Under the pieces are notes generated by a model, which was not told the origin of the DNA, made no database searches, and saw only the letters and a program-made list of their open reading frames with translations. The translations under genes were made by a program, and so were the position numbers. A stretch of 64,000 nucleotides of DNA, from positions 62,001-126,000 of the forward strand of contig DF236952.1 of NCBI GenBank assembly GCA_000708835.1, read 5' to 3'. Positions 11,001 to 23,500 of the stretch are shown piece by piece; the stretch's first letter is position 1; each line of letters opens with the position of its first letter. This stretch comes from Klebsormidium nitens (lineage: Eukaryota; Plantae; Klebsormidiophyceae).

Positions 11001-14000
11001 TTGAACACGGACAAAACCTGTAGGTTTACAACAAGGAATCGGAGCACAAGCTCACCTGCAAGCAGCCCAACGGTGATATACTGCCCGAAGTCCCACTTGC
11101 TGAGGCTCTCGAAGCGGCGCACCTTGAACGAGCGCTGCAGCAGGATGCGAAACTGCAGCCAGTAGGGCGCGCCCCACCGGGGGCCCGCCTTCAGCGACCC
11201 GCCCGCCCTGCGATGACGTCAGCGACGCGTCAGCACGACAACAGAGTGATCAGCAGAAGAGATGCTTCCACCGCTAGCGAGATCCAGAAATATCATGATA
11301 CTTGCGGTTGCAGTAAAGTCGATGCCAAAAGAAAGTCGCACAAACCGGATGAGTCTCAATGAGGACTGCTTTTCAACAAGCCGCGTCAAAGTGGGAACAC
11401 TGACCAGCCAAACGCCAAGATGTCCGGAGGGATGCAAATGAGCTTAGCCGGTATTGGCATTTGTGACTTCAGAAGAACGTCACCGTGAATAAGACTTGAG
11501 AACGAGAAGATTGTCGATTGCCTGGACGCGGCCTTGACCTGTCGGTGGCAACAATCAATTGGACGGAGCGATGGAGCCAATTAAGGGGATTGACACGCGG
11601 GGCCTTGACATACACTTTCTCTTTTCAAACAGACAACTTGATAGCGACGGGGAAGCCAAAGGAAAGTCTCACTGGAAAAAAGATAAAGGCGGCCTACCTG
11701 CCGCTCCCGCTTGGCGCGGCGTTCATGGAGCCTTGTTCGACGTCCATGGAGGCGCGGGGGGAGTCAGAGAAGCTGCCCTTCTGAGAATCGTACAGATGCA
11801 AGCGGCTCTGCAAGCAAAAACGTAGAGCATTTGTCAGTGAGCGTACAATCAAGTGTGCTGCGTGAAGTGTACAAGATTTGAAATGCATGCGTGACATGTA
11901 TCCGCTGGGACAATCAGTTCGCCAGTTTTTAATTAGATTGCTCTTCCTCGTTTCTAAAGCAAAGCTTCTAATATCTTGAGTGGAAGCCAACGCGTCGTTG
12001 ATCTCGCCTAGCATACCGGCAACTTGGTGAAAACCTGACACCGACCCGCTCATACAAGGGCTCAAGCGTACACCACCCAAACTTTTTGCACCCCCTGACG
12101 GACGGGAAGGGGCAGCAAACTCAAGTTGCAACCTGGATTCGTAACCGTCATCAAATGCCCGCCAAAGAGTGAATTGCACACATGCAAATGTTCCACACAG
12201 CAATGAGTATTTCCGCCCCTGCCACCGACACGAGCCCATTCATACCTGTGCGGCCGCCCAAAGTTCCCGCCCCATCGTCTTCTCGGTCAGTTCCTTTCCG
12301 TCCCTCCGGAAACCCCCCGGGTTCGCACCCAGGTACTTTTCCGCGCACTGGATGAGGTGCTGACGTGTCCCCTCGCCCTTCAGCTTGTGCGTGGCCACGT
12401 CACCCGACGCGAGGTCGAGGATGAAGTCGGCGGTGTTGATCCCGTACGGCATCTTGTAGCCCAGCTTCTCGAACCACTCCGCGGCCTTCTGGCCCTCGCC
12501 TGGAGATCGGAAATGAAGACTCGTAAGAACAAGCTTCCAAGTTTTGAATATTCGACAACCAGGAGACGGAATCGGATTCATTCAGGAGCTCGTAGATCGC
12601 AGCCCGTTCTTAAGTCCCACTTTCGAAGGAAACAGGGCTGATCGAGGTGCCTGAAAGCAGGCTAACCAGTCTGCCCTTCAAAAACATGCTGGCATAAGAC
12701 ACGATAAGAATATGCAGATCCCTACGCTTCACTGCCCATAAACGAACGTTAATCGCGACCTATCTGCGGATGCCAACAACACCGAACGTGCAGATGCCAA
12801 CAACACCGAACATAGTCTATGCCTTCGTCTAGATGCGGAGGTTAAAGATTTAACTGTGAAACACTTCTGCAACGAACTCCCTCCTCTCATGATCCGACTC
12901 AAACTCACCGTAGTACATGCAGTGGCCCTCGCTGAGCAGCAGCAGCTTGTCCAGCTGCTGGTAGAGGCGCGACGACGGCTGGTGGATGGTCGTCACCACG
13001 GCGCGGCCCCCGAGTGCCAGCTGGCGCAGCGTCACCACCAGGTGCATCGCGGTCGTGCTGTCCAGGCCGGACGTCGGCTCGTCCAACAACAAACTGCGAA
13101 CCAGGGTTAAACAGGTTGATCAAAAAGGTAGTTGCGAATTGTGAAGAAACTGGGTACTAAATGGTTGAGGGTTCTGAGAGCGCCAGCTTGCGCCGCCACC
13201 AGGTGCATTGCAGTCGTGCTGTCGAGGCCGGATGTCGGCTCGTCCAGAAACAGACTGTGAAGCAGGTTATCAAAAGGCACCAGTGCAAGGCGAGTCACGA
13301 GACTGCCCGGTTTAAGAATGAATTCTCCATCGCGCAAACTCGTAAAGATTAACGACAAATGACCGACTTGAGGGGCCTCGATAAGTGCCATCCCGAGGAT
13401 CGCCCACAGCCTTTTCAGACCAAAACCTCCTTATGAAAACTATGCACTGAAGCAAACATTGGATGCAAGGGTGGCAGGCGGGCCTCACCAACTCGGGTTC
13501 ATCAGCAACTCGTGACCGACCGAGACGCGCTTCCGCTCGCCACCGGAGATGCCCTTGTGGAAGAAGCCCCCTGCAGAACCAGGTTGGAGAGCGCGTCAAC
13601 AAACAGATCGCCAAACTTTCTGGGACTACATCAAGATCGAACGAGTCGAATCAGGTACTGACACTCGGTCTGAAATACAATCAGGTTGAAATCAAGCAAA
13701 AGTAGCCCATTTCCGAGAAGGTGGAAGTGGGGCAGTTTCTGACTGCCCCCTTCACTGCCTTCTGTCAACGACGAGAACACCGATGAACTCCTGCTCCGTG
13801 CCTCATGACATCCGCTCGCAGCAATTCACACAGCCGGGCAGGCTTTGAAAAGGCCAATTTAGGCACTCCAATTTCAAAAAACAAAGCTAGAAACGCCTCA
13901 CCAATTATCGTGTTCTGGCACTTTTTGAGCCCCAGCGCAGTGATTGTTTTGTCAACCCGGTCTAGTTTCTGAGCCTTGCTCATGTCCTGAGGCAGGCGGA

Positions 14001-15995
14001 GCATGGCCGCGTAGTACAGCGTCTCGTGGACAGTCAGGCTCTCGTATAGAACATCGTCCTGGCAAAGGAAAACGGTTCAAAGAACATTAGCTCCACCTTC
14101 CAGATGGTGGACGAACTTTAGAGTTGGCTTTCAATATTGCAGTATAAGCCCATACAGCTAGCAATCATTGCTGTCAAATGAAAGTACGGTCTGAGGGGGG
14201 CAGCATCAATTCAAGCGCACTTCTTTCCAGTTCAGCGCCCATGCTTCTAGAGCCCAAAAGTGCACCGATTAAGATCACAAAAGTGTTCCCGACAGGCACA
14301 GTCAAAAAAAGAATAACACTAAAGAGTACGCTACCTGAATCAAGGGCATGATCAAATCTGTAATCTGTAACTTAGATTTCCATGGAAGTTGTAAGGAGTC
14401 CCAAGTCACCTGAAGGACATAGCCGATGTTCCTCTTCGACTTCTTGGTCAGCTTTTCGCCGTTGTACAGTACCTCTCCAGTCATTGTCAACGAGCTGCAA
14501 ATCAAGGCAACAGAATCACGACCGTAATTTTGCTCCACATAAAGCATTGGATCTCTGAATATAGCAATTGGATTATATCCAAAAATCCGTCCCAACCATA
14601 CACTCTGCGATGCAACAGCAACAGGACAGAGAAGGTTGCACTAGTGAAGACACAGTGTGAGTGGCCGATGTAGGTAAGATCTTCCAGCGTTGAGAAGGGC
14701 ACAGAGCAGAGCGCTTCTGTGATCTGTGACAGAACTCACCTAGGAGTGCGCCCCCCCAACACAGACAGCAGCGAGGTTTTTGAGGATCCTGCAGGGCACG
14801 CCCAGGGGCATGTTTAGTAAGGAAAAAGAAAGAGAGCTACCCCCCACTGCATCACTGAAAAGTGCAAGCACGCTCTGCTATTGAGGGGAACCGTGTTCTG
14901 TCAAGAGAACTTTTGACGCGTAAAGGCCAGTAGCCAAACCAGGCTGAAACCATTCCAGATGATCCACTAGGAGCACTGGTTCATGTACAGCTACAGGAAT
15001 AGGAAGTCCCAGGAACGTGTGTCCTTACCAGACGGACCCATGAGGGCGAGAACTTCTCCCGGCCTGCATTCCCCAGTCAAGTCGTGCATGATCTGCGGAA
15101 AGGAAGGCAGTTGTGAGACCAGGGATTTTCTCCCAGCTAAGGAATGATCAGTCCTTGTTGCGGGGCATCCAAAGCAGCAGCGCAGCCTAATCAATGCAGC
15201 TAAAAATAATCAACGGGCCGAAGCTGTTTCGTGCTGCCTTCATTCTCTTAGTTGGGAACCTTCTAAAAGCTGCCCCACATACCTATCTGAGGATAGTAAG
15301 CCCACATCCTTTTCATTCAGGAGCATTGGTGATGCCTCGAAAATATGAGACACATTGACTGCACCGTAATGGCGGTGGATACGAGATCTGATCACTTTCC
15401 TTGACCTGCGCTTTTAGCCCTTAGCAGCATTGATTTGGAAGTTTGCACTACAACAATACTGCACCAAAATTGAGAATGCAGCATGTTCTTTGATAAGGAA
15501 TCAACATGAGGAAAGTTTTGAGGGCCCTGAATGTCACATGCACTCGCGGGCTCTTGAACACTAGAACAGTGTCAGAAGCGTTCAAGGATCTCCACTGTGC
15601 ACAGATCAGCAGCCTGAAAGCAATGCAGACACAGTTGCGCATGTCTAGGACACCTCGAAACATCTTCCGAACACTTCATCTTGTCATGACTGGGCTACTT
15701 TCAGGTGACAATAACGAGTTCAAACAACTGGAAGAGAGAACATCTTCACCTGTCTCGCCTGAGGCTTCTTCACTGCCTTTTCCTCATCCTGCAGCTTCTT
15801 CCGCTTGAACAGTTTCTCCACCAGGCCCCGCTGGTTGCCAATAGACAACACTGGCACATGGCCATTGATCTGTTGAAAAGACAGAATCAGCTGGCGATCC
15901 GGGGGAACAGGCTCCAACAAACTAACTTCCTCAGCTCCTTCAGCAGCCCCCAGCTGCACAACAAAGTTGTCAGACTCTTGCGCCGGGGTGCCCAT
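8003..15995 (-). CDS. ABCG: ABC transporter G-family half-transporter (NBD-TMD, WBC/White type), 14 exons, 703 aa
   Basis: Exons 15995-15750, 15092-15029, 14788-14740, 14494-14410, 14058-13902, 13570-13489, 13093-12909, 12499-12246, 11780-11698, 11207-11056, 10353-10077, 9510-9360, 8839-8627, 8116-8003; phase-consistent (2112 nt). Walker A region GPSGSSKTS, Q-loop GYVLQDD, signature ISGGERKRV, Walker B/D-loop [12 protein letters not shown]-loop [14 protein letters not shown], and a hydrophobic C-terminal helix ending [17 protein letters not shown]. Confidence 0.93.
9180..9420 (-). repeat. Degenerate intronic duplicate ('echo') of the 3' end and donor region of ABCG exon 12
   Basis: ~9270-9215 reads [18 protein letters not shown] versus the exon's [18 protein letters not shown] (9420-9360). 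The downstream tgtagtttc motif is shared; the GT donor is lost in the copy; period about 140 bp. Confidence 0.85.
9470..9900 (-). repeat. Tandem array of ~123-bp units, each spanning the acceptor and first ~50 nt of ABCG exon 12 (1 functional + 3 echoes)
   Basis: Exon-start equivalents at 9510 (true, ccgcag|GTACGACGCGTGG), 9632 (ccgcag|GTACGACGCATGG), 9755 (ctgcag|ATACGACGCGTGG) and 9878 (AG lost). Spacing 122, 123, 123. Confidence 0.92.
10770..11110 (-). repeat. Two 44-nt intronic echoes of the 3' end of ABCG exon 10, each bounded by AG and GT
   Basis: True …AG CAAGTGGGACTTCGGGCAGTATATCACCGTTGGGCTGCTTGCAG|gtgagc (11099-11056). Echo 1 at 10937-10894: cttacag|CAAGTGGGACTTCGGGCAGTACATGACTGTCGGGCTGCTCGCGG|gtgagc. 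Echo 2 at 10824-10781: attgcag|CCAGTGGGACGTCGAGCATCATCTCACAGCGGGGCTGCTCGCGG|gtaagc. Confidence 0.92.
12770..12811. repeat. Short direct repeat gatgccaacaacaccgaac x2 in an ABCG intron
   Basis: Two identical 19-mers about 24 bp apart, read directly. Confidence 0.8.
13178..13254 (-). repeat. Intronic pseudo-exon echo of the Walker B/D-loop exon (ABCG exon 7) with its own acceptor
   Basis: cacag|TCTGTTTCTGGACGAGCCGACATCCGGC… encodes [19 protein letters not shown], 161 bp upstream of the true exon start (13093). A 5-nt deletion follows, then an in-frame TAA at 13109-13107. Confidence 0.92.
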
Positions 15996-16343
15996 GCTGT
16001 GTCTCGATGTCAAGGGCAGCAAATTCAATCACGTCAGTGTCAAAAAGATGGACTGGCGCAATGTGAACAACTTCTCCAATTTCCAGTTGCTCTCCCTCTT
16101 TCGGTTGCAAATTTCAACCCCGTCCAGAATGGCAGTCTGCTGTGCATTTGCGGAGGGGCTTGCTCTAAACTTCTATCTTAAGCGCATCGCGTGAAGATCT
16201 TTCAGACGGCCACCAATAGGTCCTAGCACTCTGTATCCCACGGCCGCAATGAAGCAGCAAAACTTAGAAGTCTGAAGCAGATAAGCCGCCCATGAAGAAT
16301 TGTGCCGCCTTGCACAGATTGCAATTTACCGCAGTCAGGCTGC

Positions 16344-16560
16344 AGTGAGCTGGTCACTAGTAAAAAAAGGATGAACAATCTGAGGACACCACGCTCATCA
16401 GCTGGAGACGTGGGACTCCTATACCTGGCGATGGTCGCCGGAGCGCGGGTGCCAAACCGCACGGCGGCCCCTGGGAGGCGGCGACGACCTCGACTTACGA
16501 GGAATTATACACCCTTTTTACCCCGCACGCGGCATGACCCGTAGTGAGCTGGTCACTAGT
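16344..16560. repeat. Perfect 18-bp direct repeat AGTGAGCTGGTCACTAGT (internally AGTGA-n5-TCACT inverted) at 16344-16361 and 16543-16560
   Basis: Read directly. The copies are 199 bp apart, upstream of the ABCG start, in the divergent ABCG/M8 intergenic region. Confidence 0.8.
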
Positions 16561-17566
16561 GGTTGCAGACGGTCTGGCAGTGGAGGCTGAGCGGTTGCCA
16601 TTTGTGTGCATACACGTGGCGATTCCAGAGCTTGTCATCGACGGTTCACCGATCTGCTGATGTAATGCTTGCGTCAATCGCCCATCAGCAAGCTGCCGAG
16701 ATGATCTTGACCGTCAAGTCGTATCAGAGTCTCTACGATGCTGGCACATGCCAAGCACGGCGCGCGCTCAAGTCGGCGCCTATATATGACCGCCCATCAC
16801 TTGTAAAAATAAGGACGGCTGAGAAAAGCCTTGGAGTTTCATTTGGGAGCTGTTTGATTTTGATGGGCCGTCGATGGCACGCCCTTCTCTTTAAGCCGTC
16901 AATATTGCACGTGTATCCACCTATGAGGCCGGTAAACCTAATCTGATTTGCACGTGTTAGCTAGCCTGCATTGCCTGGGGGGCATGACCTGGAACCAACT
17001 GACCCTGGTTTGCGTTGAGGCCAACGAGGGATAATAGCCTATGCTCATTGGGTTACTGAACCAGGTAGGTCTAACTTCGTTTGCTTGCTCGGGCCCCCCT
17101 AGAATGTAGGCTGTTGAGAGTCACCACATGAAGCTGTTCCAACTCCATGCATGATGATGACTCTGACTCCGATGAGTCTGAGTCTCAATGTCATGCAGTA
17201 AGATTCAGAAGTCGGGCCCAGGACTAGATCAGGTGAAAAGGTGCGGGGGCCGCCATGCTATTCCAGTGTCTGGTGGTGTGGCAATGTACAGGCGAACCGC
17301 ATGGGCCTTTGGAATGGGGCACAGACCTGGCTTTCAGCCCCGTTTGAGCTTGGCGAGCTCTTCTACACAGGCGGTTCTCTGCTCCGGAAAAGAGACGAAG
17401 CATCCTTTGAATCCTTATGCGATCGGTCCCTATGTCCTCAAAAGTCGCATCGTTGGCCATCTAGTGGTCCTTGAACCCACGAATTACTGTGTGGACTAAG
17501 GAGGGACCTCAGAAAGTGGGGGTGTTGGCCTTTCAAGTTGTCAGAATATTCTTGCAACCTTCCAGG

Positions 17567-20500
17567 ATGGCATTGGCCGTGCGCGGTTGCTGCTTGATGT
17601 TACTTCTTTGCTGCGGTGAGTTGTTGCTCTTCTGTATGAGTTCTTCAACTTGTCTGCCTTGTCCAGCTGTAACCTTTGACAACCCGAAGCTGACACATGT
17701 TGCAGTTGGTAGCTACCGGCGGGATCTAGATCTGTTTGTTCGGGCAGTCCCTTGAGCCTTTCCGATCCGCTGACTCTTCATTCTCTGCTCACGGCTTATT
17801 GGCTTTTCAGCAATAAGACATCATTGTGCCAATCCATACTGAGCTCTAGTCTTGTGCTCGAAAGTTTAGTTCGCACTGCATGAAGCGCTACAATTAACAG
17901 GGCTGTTGATGAAGTGCTAGTGCAATGCTGTTGAACCCTAACCCTAATGTCAATGCTTCGGAGCTGCCTGTGCTTGTTCGATGACAAGTTTGGAAGTATC
18001 AATCTCTGCTCCCTGTCAGAAAATGCCACAAGTGCCACACTTGAAGAAGGTTCCAGCAACTAAATGTCAGAGGACAGCTTGGGCCTTGAAATCCTGAAGG
18101 TGCTGCATATGCATGGGTCAAGTTTTGCTAGGGCAGTGCTCCTGAAGTTATTGCCCATTCTGCATCCATCAGCATCTCCTGAGTTCAAGGGATTCAAAAG
18201 CTGACGAAACAGACCTCCTCTTATATGTGTGAGTTGTTTTAGCCGTTCATTTTTGGGCGAAACACCAAGACTCCCTGGGTGAGGGGCTCAATGTCCGCCC
18301 AATCTTTGGTGCAGTTTGGAGAGTGTGCTCGGTTGAAGGCACTATGGATTTGGAGCATCGGTGCGTCCATGACAGCCACGTTTCGCCAACACTCCATAAG
18401 CTGCAGGAACAGCGGCAGGCCTCGCTGCTGGCCGGGTGAGTCTTGCACAAGTAGTTGGAGCCTTACTTGCTTATGGTCACCCATTGCTGACTTGCTCTCC
18501 TTGATAATCAGGATCACAATTTATATTAGCCAATCTGAAAACCACTTTGCAAGAGCGCCGATTTTTTTGACAATTTAGCGCACTCTTGGAAGATTGCATG
18601 GATCTAGACATGTTTCTTCCAAACACTTGAAGTGAGATTTCAATTCCTCACACTGACTGCCATAGAAAGCTTACGCGTGCTATCTTTGTGACAAAAGGCA
18701 CTCCAAGTAGTCATTCGAACAGACGGCTGCAGCACTGGCACAACATTTGAGGGCGGTTGGACGAAACGCCAATTTCTGAAAGTCAACCAACAACCGTAGA
18801 TTCCTAGTGGCAGTATGCTATTAGTAATATTGTGAATCCACAGCAGGGACATGGGGAACCAATCCTGCTCTATGAATCCAAAAGTAATTAACTAAAGACA
18901 GTTGAAGGGCTATCTTTGCTAGGCAGGGACTGTGCTCTGGGTGTTTGGAAGATTCTACTCCAATGAGGCCTCACAGACAATCCTGTTGCAGGTTTGGATT
19001 ACCAGAAGAAGGAAGGCGGAGGCTCGCTGACACTGCAACTTCTACCCCTGTCCCCATGCGGATACAACCCGTGAGTAAAGGGTCATACTCGTGAACTAGG
19101 TGCTGAGCTCGCTTAACGCCATAGTCGAAATCTCATTGGTATCAAAGTACTCTCTGAAACCACAGCTGCACATATGGTGCAGTGCCCTACGAGTCGTCTC
19201 CTCGTTTGAGCTCTTAATGCAGATACTGTCTGGGAGTGTTTCGAACTTCTTTGAACTCCCTTTTCTGAAGGTTTTGGAATGATTCATCTTTGGAACTTTC
19301 AAACGACCTCCTTTGAGGTTCTTGCATTCCTGTGCCAGGTCTTCCAACTATCAGGGCTCAATGCTGCAACGACCGCCTTCATCACGAACACAATGGTGCC
19401 TGCGGCTGTCAAGTAAGCAATCACTGACTTCTAGTTGCTGCTTCCTCCTAATTTTACTTTGCTGCCTTTCTCGAAGCCTGAACCTGTACATTGGAGGAAT
19501 GTTCGTCGAGTGGCAAGCTTGTTACTTGGAAAGGGTCGAGACACAAATTCCTTGGCCAGTAACCAGTGCAAACCAGGTTACGAAGATGTGATTCTGAAAC
19601 AGAGTACATCAAAGCAAGTCTGATCCTCTGGAATGAGTTTTATCGTGCAGCTTGGCAGTTCACGGTTCGAAGATCATGCGTTCTACTTGCGAGTCGGTTA
19701 AGACTTCCCCCACTGTGCCCCAGTCGAGGCCTCTCAAGCAAGCACAGTGAAAGCTCCCTGGCTGAACTCCAATATTTGTTTAAACCAGACCCACACCCTC
19801 TTCGTGGATACATGATTCATCTGCGGACGAACTTTCGATTGTTTCCCACCGTATCTGCCAGCTCCTGAGAGCACTTTGTCCATCCCGTGCAGTTACCTCA
19901 GCCAGGTGTTGTCTGTGAGGGCGCCCCCCTCGGGGCCTCTGCTTCTCCAAAGGAACTGTCTCCAGTATCGAATCTGGACCAGCGGATCCACGCGGACGCA
20001 GGAGTGCCTGCAATGGGACAGTGGTTCTTGTCAGGTGAGCCGAACGCAACAGGTCTGTCAACGGAAATGGCGTTCGAAGAGACGGCTCTTTATGGGAGTT
20101 CGGCAAACTGTCTTAAAAGCGGTGGGTCAGAGCAAGCCGTTGTTGGACAGCAGCCTGGGACGAATGACACGCCCCTTCTGGCGCGCGTCGTCAGACAATT
20201 TAACGCATTTGCAAAAGTTCCGAGCCCTTTACTTATGGGCTCTACTGCACCTCTCAACTGCGCAACTTTTCTTGCTCGTTTTTCCCTCTGTCAGTGCTGC
20301 AGAGCAGCCTCCATATCTTCGAATCTCTGCAGACGGCCAGAAACGGGCACGCTGCTTTTGATTGCCAACTTCGGCGAACTTTTTAGCAACTCATCGAACT
20401 AAGGTTGCAACCCCTCCACACCCGTCTTTACTATCATTTCGCCGCCAGTTTTTCCATCATCTTCCGGTTCCCGTTTCCTAGGACTCTTTTTCCTGCCTTG

Positions 20501-23500
20501 AGATTGCCCTTCCTTCTGCTTCTTTCCTCCCTTCCTCTTCAACCTTCTTTCTCCATACACCAACATTTCCGCTGCCCTCCCTCTTCTGACTCTGACTTCG
20601 CCTCCACTCGCAGATCGCCACGATTCCCGCCACCTTCTTCGCCCAATACTCCACGTGCACCGGCAACGCTATCGGGCAGTGCACCGTCACCCCTGCCGGT
20701 GCCGGTGCCAACAACACCGACTTTCTACTTATGTTTACGGCCCAGACCACCGAAGCGTGCCAGGCATCAACTCTGGCGCACTCCTCCTACTGCTACCAGG
20801 ACCCCGAGACCGACCGGCCGCTCGCCGGGAACGTCAACTTTTGCCCCTCGGCAGTGAACGCGGCGCTGCGGGATCGTCAGGTGGGGCTTCGGTTTGAATA
20901 CGGGTTTCGCTTTACCGTTCAAAGCTGGACAAGATTTTGGTGTATCTGAGAGTTATTGCTCGATCAAAATCAGGTCAAGGCTCATGCCAACGCAGTTGCT
21001 TCAACATGTTTGAGAAAGTTTTCGACTCGAAGTGTTCTTGTTCGAGCTTTTCACTCCTTGGGTTTAATGGGTATTTGCGATGTAAAGTGAGCCCAGTGCA
21101 TTTGCGTTAACACAAGGCCTTCAAAGTAGAAGACGATGTCATTTTGTGTTGCTTCGAGTCGGCAACAATCAGCATATTGTGTTAAAACATGCGCCTCCAA
21201 GCTTCGTATGGCGTGGCTGACACCATTCTTCGTGCGCTGGCAGACGCTGATTGCCGTCCACGAGATGCTTCACGCCCTGGGCTTCAGCGACTCCCTCTTC
21301 CCCTTTTACAGAGACGCCACAGGTACTTACCCGTCCCTCCGTCCCATTTTGTCTGATTTTTCAGAAGGCCGTTTGATCGCGACCGAGCACTACGAATGTG
21401 ACAGATGCATGTCCCATGTTAAAAGCTTCGGCATCCTATGCGATTGTGTAGCGGAGTAGCACATAGTGGTTGAAGGAAAGAGCAACACGTCTTCTTGAGA
21501 GATGCTTGCAGCACGTCCCCACATTTAGCCACAATACAATCGGCTCGTTTAGCCGGACCCTTCTCCTGCCAGAATGGCTTGGAACCTTTCGCACCAATCC
21601 TTTACCCGGCAGGTTGTTTGGTACTTGTTCAGTCTTTCGCATCCACTTTGGACCGAACCATCAAACTGCTTGGACAACCGTCTGCAAGCACGGTTCTTTG
21701 GACACATCTCCGAGAGACGTCCAAACTTTGCAATGGCGGAGAAGATAGAAGAGCGAAAGAAAAGCTCATGGATTCAATCCTAGTTCTTTATTCCAAACTG
21801 TTGCAATACGCTATGGCAGGCAACCCTCTGTCGGCGGTCACGGCTTCCTTCACCGAGAGGGGGCACACAGTCACCAAGGTCGTGGCACCCACGACGCTTG
21901 CAATGGCTCGCACCCACTTCGGGTGTTCCACCCTGAACGGCGCCGAGTTGGAGAACGACGGGGGGAATGGCACTGCGCTCAGCCACTGGGAGGCGCGCAT
22001 TTTCCAAGGGGAGGCTATGGTGAGGCAGCATTCTTGCTTTTCTAGAGTTGCGGTTGTCAGTCTTTTCTGAATTGAGGATGTTGAAAATCAGGTGCAGGGT
22101 TATCGTGTAGGGTTCCGGGGTGAAGAGGACGCCCGATCGAAGGATTCGGGACCAGAACATTTCGCGGGTTAAGTTTCGGGTTTCAGAAAGGAGGGGGTAA
22201 AAAAGGTAAGAGGATTTTCTGGGCTCTGCTGTATTCAAGTGATTGAAAGAAGATCAAATGTCGGCGAATAAGCGGCAAATAGCTGACATCTTTACAGGGC
22301 TGTATCCCGACAAAAGTCTGCCATTCGGAGCACTCCATTGAGCTCCGCATTGAGCACCTACTGGATTGCTCTCCAAGAATCACTTGATGCTGTAAAACCA
22401 CTTTTCTCTCTCGGTTAGTTCCAAGATGATGCTAGCTCCTGCATGAATAACGGCTCAAGTACCTGCTCGACATCACCGACGTGAATCATCTCCATTCCGT
22501 CTTCCAAAAAATCTCCGAAGGTACTTCGTTTGAGGCGGCCTTCGTCGGTTGCCCTTTCGAGCAACCGTCCAACAGCCACGCTTAAGAAAAGGATCGAAAC
22601 GCATGTCCATCTTGCTCGAGGTCTTCGGTCTTTCTCGAGAACTGCCAAGCAGACTAGGGCTTGTTAATCACGTTCAAGATGCGACTTAACTTCCGAGGTA
22701 AAGGTGCATTTAAATCGGATTACTAGGATCACGTCGGAAAGTCCTTTGCGAAATCTTGATTAAAACCCGTCTCCTCTTGCAGTTGGGGGTGCTGGGTCAG
22801 GAGGCCGTGTTCTCGAACCTGACCCTGGCGCTGCTGCAAGACTCGGGGTGGTACAACGTCAACTTCCAGATGGCCGAGTTCCTGCAGTCGGGGTTCGGCC
22901 TTGGCTGCAACTTCCCGCTCCTCTCTTGCGCCCCGACGGGTGAGCTTGCGTCGTGCTTTTCAGAACGCAGCGCTTCTGTCGGCAGCTAGCGTCATGCCCT
23001 TCTGGTCCTTCACAAAAAAATTGCGCCCGACGGCTGAGCTTGCATCGTGGATTTCGAGGTGCAGCGGTTCCGTTAGCAGTGAACGTTAGTCCCCCGGGAT
23101 TTAATGCTAGAGCACGGCGTTCTGGTCCTTTACAAAGAAGGTGTTGCTGGGAGCCTTCCCCACTGGAACTTCGCCTGCGCATGGAGGACTTTAGGATGTC
23201 TTCTTGCTTCCCGGCGGTTGAAAGCAGCCGGAAGAGTTCCGTTTTGTCACGTTGCTGTGCATGCATATAGTGCAGGTCATTGTTTGGTTCCGTGCTAGCA
23301 TTGCTTCGGGAGTGGCGGAGGGCATCAAACTCAATAGTCAGCGTTACTGCTTTGCTAGGAAGCCTTCTGCTTTTTGATGGACCGCCAAGGAATGCTTTAC
23401 CTTGCTCTCACCCGTGGTCCTCGAAAACTTAGCTGTTTCGAAACATGCAACAACAGGCTTTTGCTTACCCGTGCAGCCATGCCGGCTGTCTTCAACACGT

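Noticed and set aside
17165-17200. Small hairpin gactctgactc…gagtctgagtc
   Set aside because: An 11-bp imperfect stem with no other RNA-gene features; may be chance.
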